Shown in pieces: positions 29,415 through 39,064 of a stretch of 64,000 nt of DNA. The first letter of the stretch is position 1. Each line of letters opens with the position of its first letter. The position numbers and the translations under genes were made by a program. The DNA is taken from contig MWCD01000004.1 in NCBI GenBank assembly GCA_002069885.1, forward strand, positions 81,296 to 145,295. The letters run 5' to 3'. The notes under the pieces are model-generated. The model was not told where the DNA came from. It searched no databases and saw only the letters and a list, made by a program, of their open reading frames with translations. The stretch comes from a bacterium ADurb.Bin236. Lineage in GTDB: Bacteria > UBP15 > UBA6099.

Positions 29415-31211
29415 GTGAAAAAGAATGCAAAACATAAAAAAGCTGAGAGCGCGAAACTGACTTTATATTCAGCCGCTTTGAAAACGCCCGCGAAGAATGC
29501 TATCGACAAATTAACTTCTAATGCAATGAACAGACCGGAAAATATCTACTTGGCGGCCGCTGCCGCAATCGTCATAATTCATTTTCTAATTCTCGCTTCC
29601 TTCTTCAAGCCCGCCGCTTCTGGACTGGATTCTCACGGCTATATCAAACAAAGCCGTCTGATAGCCGATACAGGCAGGAACTTCGAAGTTGTGGAGTCAA
29701 GAGCGCAATTCACGGGGTACACATGGAGACAAAGCATTGAAAAGGGCAGATACGACAATCCATGGCCGGCAGGATTCCCCGCAATATTGGCCGCGATTCG
29801 CATTGTTTTCGGGGCTAAATCCGTGTATTGGGCCAATCCGATAATGGCGTCGCTGGCTCTCATTGTTTTTTTTCTTTTCTGCCGTGAACGGATAGGATCG
29901 CGTTGGTCGCTCGCCGCTCTGACATTATTTGCGATTAACCCTGTCTTCAACCAGCACATTCACTATAACTATTCTCACATTGCCGTCCTGTTTTTTCTTA
30001 TGATGTCCTTGGCGCTCGCAGTTCGCAGCCTGCGCTCGGAACGATCCGCGCTTCTTTTATTAGCTGCCGGATTATCTGCAGGTTGCATACCTTCCATAAG
30101 GATGATTGAAAGCATTTTTGTGCCGGCAATATTATTCTACATTGTAATAATGAGCGATTCGCGCAAGTCGCGCCGAGCTGCGGCTTTCGCCTCCGGAGCC
30201 GCTTTGCCCATAATTGCTTTCTGCGTGTGGAATCAAATCGTCTACGGAGCCTTCTGGAAAACCGGCTATTCGTTGTTCTACGATGATATCTCAAGCATGT
30301 TCAGCTTTAAATATCTTGCTCTTTATTCGTTGGGATACATTCAGAAATTGTTAGGCGAAGGTTTAGGATTCGCGTTTGCTCCGGGCATTCTCGGAATAGT
30401 ATTTCTTTGCGCGCGCCGAGCAACATGGAAAGAAGGCTTTTTATTCGCCTCGATTGTTCTTCCTCTAATGTTATTGCAGATTTCTTACCTTTTTCACCCC
30501 GCGCCTGAAATGATGAGATTCTTTATTCCAGTTTTTCCCTTATTATCGCTTGCAAGCGTATGGCTGTTAAAGGAACTGACATCGGGGAAAAGAAAGCAGG
30601 GAATCGCCCTTGCCGCGGCTCTGATTGTTTTATCCGCTATATGGGGAATTCCCCAAACGAAGTATTCTCTCAACACGCTAAAATTCAGGCAGAACGCGTT
30701 GGCCGGCATCGCTGAAATGCTCGAGAAGAATGCGCCGCGAGGCTCGGTCGTTATCGCCGACGAAGTTGTCGCTCAGCATCTTGACGCGCTCGGTTACTGG
30801 AAAGTGGCGGACGCCAACCTGTTGGTTGAAGACAGGCAACGGCTGTACGGACGGACAACTCCACAGAATAAAGTCGCGGCCTTCGAGAAAGACGCTCTCG
30901 ATTGGGCCGGAGATGGCGGCCGTGTATTCTGGGTGGGGAAAGATAGCGCTGAACGCGCCTTCGCTCCTTATCTTGCCTCAACCCGCATGTCGCCGAAAGC
31001 TGAAATCATTCTAGAAGACAATCCATACTTAAGAGAAAGCGATTTCGCGATAAGAGCGCGCAATCGGACATCCCCGAACAGCCCGCCGCTTCTCAAAAGA
31101 GGTTGCGGCAACTTCGACATGGGCGCGCTCGGAAGATTTGAACTGATGTTCGCCGCGCTCCTCGACGGCTCTCCGTTTGTTCTGTACGAATTAAAGCCGG
31201 TTGCAGAATAA
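29415..31211 (+). CDS. Multi-TM GT-C (ArnT/PMT-like) glycosyltransferase
   Basis: First loop LDSHGY, PWPAGFPAILA, about 11-13 hydrophobic segments, soluble C-terminus; follows the GT2 gene. Confidence 0.7.
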   Translation: MKKNAKHKKAESAKLTLYSAALKTPAKNAIDKLTSNAMNRPENIYLAAAAAIVIIHFLILASFFKPAASGLDSHGYIKQSRLIADTGRNFEVVESRAQFTGYTWRQSIEKGRYDNPWPAGFPAILAAIRIVFGAKSVYWANPIMASLALIVFFLFCRERIGSRWSLAALTLFAINPVFNQHIHYNYSHIAVLFFLMMSLALAVRSLRSERSALLLLAAGLSAGCIPSIRMIESIFVPAILFYIVIMSDSRKSRRAAAFASGAALPIIAFCVWNQIVYGAFWKTGYSLFYDDISSMFSFKYLALYSLGYIQKLLGEGLGFAFAPGILGIVFLCARRATWKEGFLFASIVLPLMLLQISYLFHPAPEMMRFFIPVFPLLSLASVWLLKELTSGKRKQGIALAAALIVLSAIWGIPQTKYSLNTLKFRQNALAGIAEMLEKNAPRGSVVIADEVVAQHLDALGYWKVADANLLVEDRQRLYGRTTPQNKVAAFEKDALDWAGDGGRVFWVGKDSAERAFAPYLASTRMSPKAEIILEDNPYLRESDFAIRARNRTSPNSPPLLKRGCGNFDMGALGRFELMFAALLDGSPFVLYELKPVAE

Positions 31212-31265
31212 ATACATAACCCTGAAAAAACCGATTAGAATTATTTTCGCCTTCGTCGATTCTAT

Positions 31266-32162
31266 TTAGCCTTCAACCAATTTCCCGGTCTTTGGGTCGA
31301 ATGTCATCGCCTGAAAGTATTCAGGCATGACAATCCTAGCGCCGGGCGACACCGCTTTGACTTCGCTGAAGAAACTGTCGATATCAACGCCCGACATCAG
31401 GTTATTCCCGAATTTGAAAGGCTGAAAAAAATCGTCGTAATGATGAGGGATAATGTAATCCGGTTGAAGCCGGCTGTTGAGCCGTGCAATATAGTTCGGA
31501 GTGTCCTGCCTGCCTGCGAGGCATGTGAAAAGCGCGTTGACTTTTCCAACTTTCGCAGTTTCATCGTCTATGAGGTCGGCGCTTCCGATGTGATAAAGCT
31601 TTAGAGCGCCGATTTCGATGAGCAGTCCGTAGACGCCGCCTGCGCGGTAGTGCGAGGCGCGCATCGGCTGCTTCGGTCTTCCTGATATCTGGCCGGGAAA
31701 CGGTATTCTTCCGAGCACGGCTTTTCCGTGAACTCCGGGCACAAAAGTGACTTTGAAAGGCCCGCACATAATGGGAATGAAAGTCTCCACCACTTTGACT
31801 TTTTCATCCGGCATGCCCGCGCCCAGACAAACAGACGCGGTTGAGGGAGAGCCTAGGACAAGGGCGCGGGTCTTCGACGCAATCTCCGGAACATCCAGCA
31901 GGTGGTCGTAATGGCTGTGGCCGACGAGAATATAATCCGCCTCAGGGAAAACCTCCGCGCAAAGCTGTTCGTTGCATTTGAGCGGCATTGCGACCATTCC
32001 CGCCATCCGGGGCCGGGTTACGAATGGGTCTATAAGAAGAGTGGTTCCTTTGTGTTTCAACCTGAAACCGGCGCACCCGGTCCACTCGATGCTGACAGCG
32101 TCTTTTAGTTCCGAGAGTTCCGCCGACTTGATTTTATACTGCTCCGGGATTCCGTATGCCAT
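31266..32162 (-). CDS. MBL-fold metallohydrolase
   Basis: LLIDPF, GHSHYDHLLD, PGVHG, IPHHYDDF; start set at ATG 32162. Confidence 0.9.
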   Translation of the reverse strand: MAYGIPEQYKIKSAELSELKDAVSIEWTGCAGFRLKHKGTTLLIDPFVTRPRMAGMVAMPLKCNEQLCAEVFPEADYILVGHSHYDHLLDVPEIASKTRALVLGSPSTASVCLGAGMPDEKVKVVETFIPIMCGPFKVTFVPGVHGKAVLGRIPFPGQISGRPKQPMRASHYRAGGVYGLLIEIGALKLYHIGSADLIDDETAKVGKVNALFTCLAGRQDTPNYIARLNSRLQPDYIIPHHYDDFFQPFKFGNNLMSGVDIDSFFSEVKAVSPGARIVMPEYFQAMTFDPKTGKLVEG

Positions 32163-32240
32163 ATCGCCTCTCCTATCCGCCGCAAAAAAAACGCAAAGCA
32201 AAATCATACTCGCAAAACTTGATAAATCAATAAAAAGCGA

Positions 32241-32936
32241 TTATTTCCAGTGTTCCGGCCTGAAATCCGGAGGGAGAACTGTATGGAATTTTTTGACGCG
32301 CCAGTTTCTCAGGAAGGCGACACGGCGCAGATTAGGATCGGGATTGGTGGGCATCGGATGCCCCACTTTTTCCATCAGTGGCAGGTCTGAACTGCTGTCC
32401 GAATAGAAATAACAGTCCTTAAGATCGAACCCGTATTCCTGAACGTATTCGCGGGCGAGAATCAGTTTGCCTTCCTCGTAACAGAAAGGTTTATCCGCAG
32501 TGGCTACCATCAGCCCGTCTTTATAGTGAAAATTCGTGGCGATCGACTTGTTGACTCCGAGATAGTCGCCGAGCACGTCAATCAAAGGCTGGAGGCTGGC
32601 AGTCAGCAGCACCACATGATTGCCCCGCTTCTTGTGCCATACGATTTCTTTGTAAGCCAACCTGTATATGTTGTGCCGCATATGCTTATCAAAACAATTC
32701 TGAGCGATTTCATCTATTTCCGCTTTCGAGCGACCCTCGAACTGCGACAATCCCTTTTCCATCAGATTGTCGTAGTCGACCGCGCCCGTCTTGGAATCTA
32801 TCAACGCTTTCAACATGTCCCAAATGTAACGCGGGGATGTCGTTTCGCCTTTGCCGAGAAACATCAGCTTGGCCAACATCACTCCGGATGAGCCTTTTAG
32901 AATCGTGTCGTCAACGTCGAAAAATGCGACCGCCAT
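32241..32936 (-). CDS. HAD-IB family hydrolase (SerB-like)
   Basis: FFDVDDT, LLTAS, GK, YSDSSSDLPLM..VGHP..NPD. Confidence 0.9.
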   Translation of the reverse strand: MAVAFFDVDDTILKGSSGVMLAKLMFLGKGETTSPRYIWDMLKALIDSKTGAVDYDNLMEKGLSQFEGRSKAEIDEIAQNCFDKHMRHNIYRLAYKEIVWHKKRGNHVVLLTASLQPLIDVLGDYLGVNKSIATNFHYKDGLMVATADKPFCYEEGKLILAREYVQEYGFDLKDCYFYSDSSSDLPLMEKVGHPMPTNPDPNLRRVAFLRNWRVKKFHTVLPPDFRPEHWK

Positions 32937-32989
32937 GTGTCCGCCCCGCCCGCCGTTTTTCCAAATATCCGCCCCGCTGCTCCGGGAGC

Positions 32990-34126
32990 CTACTTAATAT
33001 ACCCTTCTTCCCGCAGTTCGTCCAGAACATATTTCGTTCTGTTGAACGTGTTGAATATCACCATCGACGTGATTGTGGCCGAGGTCACAGCGTCCGCTTT
33101 GGGGTCGAACAGCAACGGCCTTTCTATCTGTCTTCCGGCGACGCGTTGCCTGAATATTTCGGCGTCGGATTCGTCCCACGGCTTGTTTCCAAGCTTCGAC
33201 AGGTATACCGGCTCGAACCCAATGAACTTTCCCTTTTCGTCGAAACTGTACACAAAAAAGACATTGTGGCAGTCGTTGCACGGAATTCTTCTGGCGATTA
33301 CTCGCGCAAACACTTTTCCTGACTGGGAAGATGCAATGAATATTTCGCCGCTCACAGGCAGTTCGACCCTTTTAATATCCGATATCGAACCCGCCGGAGA
33401 AAGGGCCTTCTCCACCTTTGACTGTAGTTCCTCATCCGTCACGGGGAGTTTCAAATCGGCCTTCTCGTCCGCTTTTTTTATTTCTCTCGCTTTCGCCGCA
33501 AGCGCCGTCAAGTCGGCAATGAGCGCCGCGCGGGTAGATTCGTACAGTTTCTTTTCGTCGCGCATCAGCCCCAGATGAGTGTCGACAACCGTCAGACCGC
33601 CTGCTCCGTCCGGTCTGGCAAAAATCAGAAACGGCGTGCGAGGGTCTCCGGCCATCGCGTGAACCTCGAAATTTTCGTCCGGAAACAGCGGGAACTGCAC
33701 AACTTTCTCCCGCCTGAAGGCCGCAAGCTCGTTGACGTTGTTGCCCGCGCCCACCGCTATCATCTTCACCCTTCCCCGCAAATCAGCGTCCGATTCGATC
33801 ATGTCGTACAACTTGTTCATATAAGGAGCCATGCCGTGGCAGCTCACGCAATACACGCTGATTATCTCAACCAGCAGCAAATCCGCCTTGATGTCCGTCA
33901 ATCTGAAAGGGGCTTCGCTTTTAGGAAGGCCGAGGTAGTTCAGTGTCGCCTCGTCTCCGGGGGTTGGAAGACTGAAGTTCCACAGCGCGTTTCCGGGCCC
34001 CGGAAGGCTGCCGGTTTTATCCTCGCGCCAATCCTGTCCCATTATGCTGGGAATCACCGTTGCCGCCGCAATGATCGCGACAACTGCCGCCGCCACAAAA
34101 TATTTCGCCGTTTTCGATTTCTTCAT
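32990..34126 (-). CDS. Exported TlpA/thioredoxin-fold protein fused to a CxxCH- and FMN-binding-motif domain
   Basis: AAGGAGG RBS, N-terminal anchor, FSLPTP, EIISVYCVSCH (33836-33850), GDPRTPF, then CNDCH (33266-33280) and DAVTSAT (33074-33094). Confidence 0.75.
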   Translation of the reverse strand: MKKSKTAKYFVAAAVVAIIAAATVIPSIMGQDWREDKTGSLPGPGNALWNFSLPTPGDEATLNYLGLPKSEAPFRLTDIKADLLLVEIISVYCVSCHGMAPYMNKLYDMIESDADLRGRVKMIAVGAGNNVNELAAFRREKVVQFPLFPDENFEVHAMAGDPRTPFLIFARPDGAGGLTVVDTHLGLMRDEKKLYESTRAALIADLTALAAKAREIKKADEKADLKLPVTDEELQSKVEKALSPAGSISDIKRVELPVSGEIFIASSQSGKVFARVIARRIPCNDCHNVFFVYSFDEKGKFIGFEPVYLSKLGNKPWDESDAEIFRQRVAGRQIERPLLFDPKADAVTSATITSMVIFNTFNRTKYVLDELREEGYIK

Positions 34127-34155
34127 ATTGATGCCTCCTTGAAAATGGTAAATGT

Positions 34156-35121
34156 TCAACCGCCCGACCTGATTACATATCGATATGCGGATAGCGCCGC
34201 TTTGGCTCCCTCTCCCGCCGCAACGATTATTTGTTTTTCGGGAACTGTCGTAACATCGCCGGCCGCGAAGATGCCGGGAACGTCCGTGCGGCATGCGCAA
34301 TCGACGATAATTTCTCCCAGTTCATTCATAGGAACAACGCCTCTTGCGAAATCTACGGCCGGGGTCGAGCCGATCTCCACGAACACGCCGCTCACGCTCA
34401 ATTCGCTCGCGACTCGCGTCGCCTTATCTTCTATCTCGATTCCCTTCAGCATCTTTTCGCCGAACACTCGTTCGACGGAAGCGTTAACAATCGGCTCTAT
34501 GTTCGGCATTTTCTTGATTTTTTCAAGATAGACTTCGTCAGCCCTCAACGCCGGGCCGATTTCAATCAGATAAACCTTCGGACATATCTTCTGAAGCTGT
34601 ATAGCGGCCATCAAGCCGGAGTTGCCCCCGCCGACCACCGCCACATCCATCCCGGCGAACATCGGGCCGTCGCACGTCGCGCAGAACATCACTCCCCGGC
34701 CCGCATAGTCGTCTTCTCCGGGAACTCCCATTCTGCGAGGCTTTCTTCCGGACGCGATAATCACCGACTTGCCCGAAATGATTGCTCCGTCTTCCAAAGT
34801 GACTCTGAAAACTTGGCCGGTTTTAATCGACGCCGCCCGGCCGTATTCGCGCTTAATTCCGAACGAGGTCACGTGAGCCTCGAATTTCTCAACAAGCTCC
34901 GCTCCCGATATGTGCGTGTATCCTAGATAGTTTTCAACTTCCGAAGAGTATGCAGCTTGCCCGCCAAGCTCGTCGCCGAGGACTATCGCGCTCATATTTT
35001 TTCTAACAGCGTAAATTGCCGCCGTCATGCCGGCAGGCCCGCAGCCTATTATGATTGCGTCGTAAACTTCTTTCGATGATTCGTTCTCTGGGTTCATCGC
35101 GGCATCCATTCGCCGTCTCAA
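34156..35121 (-). CDS. trxB: Thioredoxin reductase (TrxB/AhpF C-terminal type)
   Basis: IIGCGPAGMTAA, FCATCDG, VVGGGNSG, FAAGDVT. Confidence 0.92.
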   Translation of the reverse strand: MRRRMDAAMNPENESSKEVYDAIIIGCGPAGMTAAIYAVRKNMSAIVLGDELGGQAAYSSEVENYLGYTHISGAELVEKFEAHVTSFGIKREYGRAASIKTGQVFRVTLEDGAIISGKSVIIASGRKPRRMGVPGEDDYAGRGVMFCATCDGPMFAGMDVAVVGGGNSGLMAAIQLQKICPKVYLIEIGPALRADEVYLEKIKKMPNIEPIVNASVERVFGEKMLKGIEIEDKATRVASELSVSGVFVEIGSTPAVDFARGVVPMNELGEIIVDCACRTDVPGIFAAGDVTTVPEKQIIVAAGEGAKAALSAYRYVIRSGG

Positions 35122-35351
35122 AGCCCTAATGCGTTATCAATGTCGGCTTTCTCGAAACCCGCTATGACACGACCGTCGATGTCCAGCACTGGCACTCCCA
35201 TCTGGCCTGACTTCTCGACCATTTCCTTCCTCTTATCGGCGTCCAATGCGACATCATAGTCCGTGTACGCGACGCCCTTTTCGTCGAGATATTTCTTCAA
35301 GCTCTTGCAGTGCGGACACGTGGATGTGGAATATACCAGCACGTCAGCCAT
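35118..35351 (-). CDS. Glutaredoxin-like (NrdH/YruB type) protein
   Basis: YSTSTCPHC, GQMGVPV, GF; overlaps the trxB ORF by 4 nt. Confidence 0.92.
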   Translation of the reverse strand: MADVLVYSTSTCPHCKSLKKYLDEKGVAYTDYDVALDADKRKEMVEKSGQMGVPVLDIDGRVIAGFEKADIDNALGL

Positions 35352-35398
35352 TTGTCGCCTCGTCTCTTCGCGCCCGCCTTCGCGGCGCTAATATTAAC

Positions 35399-35890
35399 TC
35401 ACTCGTTCATGAACAACCCGTGATCTTGAAAATAATTGTAGTAATCCTGAATGTAGTTAGCGTGACCCAACTCCCATTCCGCCAGCATGGCGTAGAGGCG
35501 TTTCTCCGTCTGATTTGAGGCTTTTTCGCTCAGTTCGAGGTACATAGCACGGCCCTTGTTTTCCATTTCTATGGCGCGTTCGAGCGCTTCGGTTTCCGTG
35601 GCAGTAACCGAGATGTCCTTAGCCAAGCTCCGGGAAGCTTCGACGAATATTGCTTTGAAATCCTTTTCGGGGCTGATGGTTATTTCATCCGGCCATTCGC
35701 CGCCCGCCGACAGCCTGTCGTGCAACCCGGACAAGTAATCGACGTGCTTCTTTTCATCTTCGACAAGCATCTCGAACAGCGCTCTCGTTGCGGGATTCAG
35801 CGCCCGTTCCGCTGCCATCCGGTAGTAATCCATGCCCTCTTTCTCGAAAAAAACGACCTCTATCAATGCTTGGATGCCTGCGTCGTCCAT
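35399..35890 (-). CDS. Ferritin-like di-iron protein (rubrerythrin family, no rubredoxin domain)
   Basis: EKEG..YY, EDEKKH, EMENKG..Y, EWELGH: two ExxH carboxylate motifs. Confidence 0.85.
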   Translation of the reverse strand: MDDAGIQALIEVVFFEKEGMDYYRMAAERALNPATRALFEMLVEDEKKHVDYLSGLHDRLSAGGEWPDEITISPEKDFKAIFVEASRSLAKDISVTATETEALERAIEMENKGRAMYLELSEKASNQTEKRLYAMLAEWELGHANYIQDYYNYFQDHGLFMNE

Positions 35891-35917
35891 TGTTTCCTCC
35901 CGCTGTTTGCGCCTCTG

Positions 35918-36862
35918 TCATTGATTCAACAGTTCCGCGATTTTTGCGCCAGCGTATTCTCCTTGCTTCATCGCGTTCATGTACGGCGAACCGTATTGCT
36001 GTTTTTCAGTCCCTTCGCCGGATGTTTCCGCGCAGTCTCCCGCCGCGAAAGCCGTCTCAGTCGATGTTCTTAGTTCCGAGTCGACGACGATGCCGCGCGC
36101 GGTCTTTATAGCCGAGCCTTCGAGAAATCTCAAATCCGGAGACGCGCCGATTGTGGCAATCGCAAGTCCGGTATGTATCACCGCGCCGCATTTTGTGACC
36201 ACTCTCTCCAGTCTGCCTTCTGAGCCTTCGAACCTTTCCACTTCGTCGTCCAGTTCAACATTGACCCCGTTCTTGATCATCGAGTCGCAGCGGTTCTCCG
36301 CCTGCTCAGGCTTCAGCGCGGGAGCTCCAACTTTATCCTTGCCGCCTCTGACAAGCAAAGAAACGCTCGCGCCTCTCTTGCACAGAGCTTCCGCCGCTTC
36401 GACTCCCAGAATGCCGGCGCCAGCCACGACTATCTTTGATTGTCCTTCCGCCCTGCGAAGTATGTCCTCCGCGTCTGCAAGCGTTCGCAGAGTAACCACC
36501 CCGTCCAACTCGGAACCGGGCCATCTTGGCTTGTTGGCTACCGCCCCGCTTGCAAAAAGCAGATAGCTGTAATTCAATGCGCTTCCGCCACGCAACATTG
36601 CGACTCGCGCTTCAGCATCAATTCGCTCGACCCGCCCGAACAAAAGCGAAACCGCGTTCCTCGAATAAAAGTCCGGCTTTAGAAAAATGTCGTCCTTCTT
36701 GATTTCGCCGGACATGAATCCGAGAGAAAGCTTCGGTCTCGGATAGAAGGGAAAAGGCTCGTCCGTGACCATGAGAATGGACGCGTTCGGGGAGCCCTTA
36801 CGAATAGTCTCGGCAGCCCTTCGCCCCGCCGCTCCGTTGCCGATTATCAACACATCTGCCAT
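35918..36862 (-). CDS. FAD/NAD(P)H oxidoreductase (rubredoxin reductase-like)
   Basis: IIGNGAAG, Y.RP.LS, LLFASGA, VAGAGILG.E, FAAGDCAE; next to rubredoxin. Confidence 0.85.
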   Translation of the reverse strand: MADVLIIGNGAAGRRAAETIRKGSPNASILMVTDEPFPFYPRPKLSLGFMSGEIKKDDIFLKPDFYSRNAVSLLFGRVERIDAEARVAMLRGGSALNYSYLLFASGAVANKPRWPGSELDGVVTLRTLADAEDILRRAEGQSKIVVAGAGILGVEAAEALCKRGASVSLLVRGGKDKVGAPALKPEQAENRCDSMIKNGVNVELDDEVERFEGSEGRLERVVTKCGAVIHTGLAIATIGASPDLRFLEGSAIKTARGIVVDSELRTSTETAFAAGDCAETSGEGTEKQQYGSPYMNAMKQGEYAGAKIAELLNQ

Positions 36863-36919
36863 CGCGACCTTCTTTCTCCAACTTAAAATTCGGAATTGTG
36901 CGCGCTCTGCCCGCTCGCG

Positions 36920-37078
36920 TCACACTTTCTCGAACATATCTTTGCCGACTCCGCAGTCCGGGCAGACCCAGTCTTCCGGGATGTCTTCAAAAGCCGTTCC
37001 GGCGGCGACGCCGTTATCGGGGTCTCCGACGGCGGGGTCATAGATGTAACCACATGCTGTGCATTCGTATTTCGACAT
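36920..37078 (-). CDS. rub: Rubredoxin (52 aa, absent from ORF track)
   Basis: Manual translation: [52 protein letters not shown]; GGAGG upstream. Confidence 0.97.
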   Translation of the reverse strand: MSKYECTACGYIYDPAVGDPDNGVAAGTAFEDIPEDWVCPDCGVGKDMFEKV

Positions 37079-37112
37079 TTCATTCCTCCATTATCACGGA
37101 ACACAGTTCCGG

Positions 37113-38303
37113 TTATTTGTAAGATTCAACTTTGTCGGCAAGCTCCGCGCCGAGCTTGCGGCATTCCTCAAGCGTCGCGGCGTCGGGCTTGTACACGCAT
37201 GTCAGAGGCTCGCGAACTCTCGCTATCCCGGTCTTTTCAAGCTCTTCGTCAACCTGCTTTGCTCCGCCGCCTGCCCATCCATGCGACCCGAACGCGGCTC
37301 CGATCTTATTTGTCGGTTTAAGCCCTCTCAAGTAAGCGCAGAACGCAGCGCAGGTCGGAAGTATGTTATTGTTTAGCGTCGGTGAGCCGACGGCCAACGC
37401 GCCTGCGTCTAAAACCTCTGTCATAATCTCGGTTAAATCGTTCACGCTCAGCTTAATCAGCCTTGCGTCCACGCCCGGCCTTGTCGCGCCTTCCAATATC
37501 GCCTTTGCCATCTGTTCCGTGCTCATCCACATTGTGTCATATATGACCAGAACTTTCGGTGTCGGCTTGCAGTCCGCCCAATCCTTGTACGAGGCGACGA
37601 AATCCGAAATATGTTTCCTCAAAATCAAACCGTGCGCCGGGGCCACCATGTCGATGTCAAGCTGCTCGACCGCAGGAATCGTCTTCTTCACCACCTTGCC
37701 GAGGTGCATGATTATGTTCGCATAATATTTCTTTGCCTCGCGCATCAGCTCTTCGAAAAGAACTTCGTCGTCGAAACAGCCCGATGAGGCGAAGTGCTGT
37801 CCGAAAATATCCATCGAAAAAAGAAGCTTGTCCGAAGGGCTGTATGTGACCATCGAGTCTGGCCAATGCGCCATCGGGGTGGCCACGAACGAAAGCGTCC
37901 GAGAGCCGATATTTAGAGTGTCCCCCGTTTTTACAACGTTGATTTTCCAGTCGGAACCGCCGTAGTATTTTTCCAGCCCGGATTTCCCCGCCGCAGTGGC
38001 TATTATCGTCGCGCCGGGAGCGGCCGCCATCACATGCGGGGTCGAACTGGAGTGATCCGGCTCCGTGTGGTTCGATATCAGATAGTCTATCTTCGCGGGG
38101 TCAACAATCTTCGATATGTTTTCAAGCAGACGCGACGAAAATCTATTCTTGACCGTATCGACGAGGGTTATCTTCTCGTCGACTATCAGATACGCGTTAT
38201 ATGTGGAGCCTCTCGAAGTGGTATATCCGTGAAAGTCGCGCACATTCCAGTCTTTGACCCCTACGGTATATATATTTTTTTTAACCTCAATAGGATTGCC
38301 CAT
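37113..38303 (-). CDS. fprA: Flavodiiron protein (FprA)
   Basis: GSTYNAY, SNHTEPDHS, HWPDSM, PAHG, flavodoxin domain YDTMWMST..GSPTLN..FGSHGW. Confidence 0.95.
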   Translation of the reverse strand: MGNPIEVKKNIYTVGVKDWNVRDFHGYTTSRGSTYNAYLIVDEKITLVDTVKNRFSSRLLENISKIVDPAKIDYLISNHTEPDHSSSTPHVMAAAPGATIIATAAGKSGLEKYYGGSDWKINVVKTGDTLNIGSRTLSFVATPMAHWPDSMVTYSPSDKLLFSMDIFGQHFASSGCFDDEVLFEELMREAKKYYANIIMHLGKVVKKTIPAVEQLDIDMVAPAHGLILRKHISDFVASYKDWADCKPTPKVLVIYDTMWMSTEQMAKAILEGATRPGVDARLIKLSVNDLTEIMTEVLDAGALAVGSPTLNNNILPTCAAFCAYLRGLKPTNKIGAAFGSHGWAGGGAKQVDEELEKTGIARVREPLTCVYKPDAATLEECRKLGAELADKVESYK

Positions 38304-38351
38304 TTTGAATCCCCCCGGATGTCTTTAAAACAAACCGCTCGAAAAATCCGC

Positions 38352-38387
38352 GAAACGCCCGCGCCTCAAGCGGCGCGGGCGCGTTTC
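38352..38387 (-). terminator. GC-rich hairpin after rubrerythrin (terminator or mRNA stabiliser)
   Basis: CGCCCGCGCC / GGCGCGGGCG perfect 10-bp stem; followed on the minus strand by TTTCGCGGATTTTTC. Confidence 0.5.
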
Positions 38388-38418
38388 ATCGCTGCAAAAC
38401 TTCGCGGACACTTTTTGC

Positions 38419-38991
38419 TCAGAACTTCTCGCAGAGCAACTGGAAATAAGGCTGTTCATGCTTGCAGGCGGGACATATCTTGGGCGCGTCCGCGCCTTTG
38501 TGAACGTATCCGCAGTTCCTGCATGTCCATGTGGTCGCTTTTGCTTTCTTGAAAACCGACTTTTCCTTCACAACCTTGAGAAGGTCGAGATATCTTTTTT
38601 CATGATGCTTTTCGGCAACGGAGACCGCGTCGAAAGTGGCGGCAACATCCTTGAAGCCTTCTTTGCGGGCCACTTTCGCGAACATCGGATAAAGAACGCT
38701 GTGTTCGTGTTTCTCGCCCATAGCCGCGTGCAGCAGATTGTCGGCGGTCGTTCCCATGTCGCCGGCGGGATACATGGCGGTTATCTCCACGTCTCCGCCT
38801 TCAAGGTGCTTGTAGAACCTTTTAGCGTGTTCCTTCTCCTGATTGGCGGTCTCTTCGAAGATCGCCATGATCTGCTGATAACCTTCATTGCGCGCGACCG
38901 ACGCGAAATAGGTGTACCTGTTTCTCGCCTGCGACTCGCCGGCGAACGCCGCCAGCAGATTCTTTTCCGTTTCGCTTCCCTTAAGCTTCAT
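38419..38991 (-). CDS. rbr: Rubrerythrin
   Basis: AFAGESQARNRY, EKEHA, GEKHEH, EKHHE, C-terminal CRNCG..CPAC. Confidence 0.97.
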   Translation of the reverse strand: MKLKGSETEKNLLAAFAGESQARNRYTYFASVARNEGYQQIMAIFEETANQEKEHAKRFYKHLEGGDVEITAMYPAGDMGTTADNLLHAAMGEKHEHSVLYPMFAKVARKEGFKDVAATFDAVSVAEKHHEKRYLDLLKVVKEKSVFKKAKATTWTCRNCGYVHKGADAPKICPACKHEQPYFQLLCEKF

Positions 38992-39064
38992 ACAATCCTC
39001 CTATGGATGTTAATTTAGCTCATGCGTCTGCCCGGCATTACGCGCGGACAGCGTTCTTCGAAAA

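Noticed and set aside
32937-34926. Antisense ORFs 32937..33578, 33575..34531, 34231..34926
   Set aside because: Overlap well-supported minus-strand genes (TlpA fusion, trxB); no independent coding signal.
35118-37078. Further Sec recoding at the TGA stops of glutaredoxin or rubredoxin
   Set aside because: Both proteins are complete at the stop, redox motifs use Cys codons and no SECIS-like hairpin follows.
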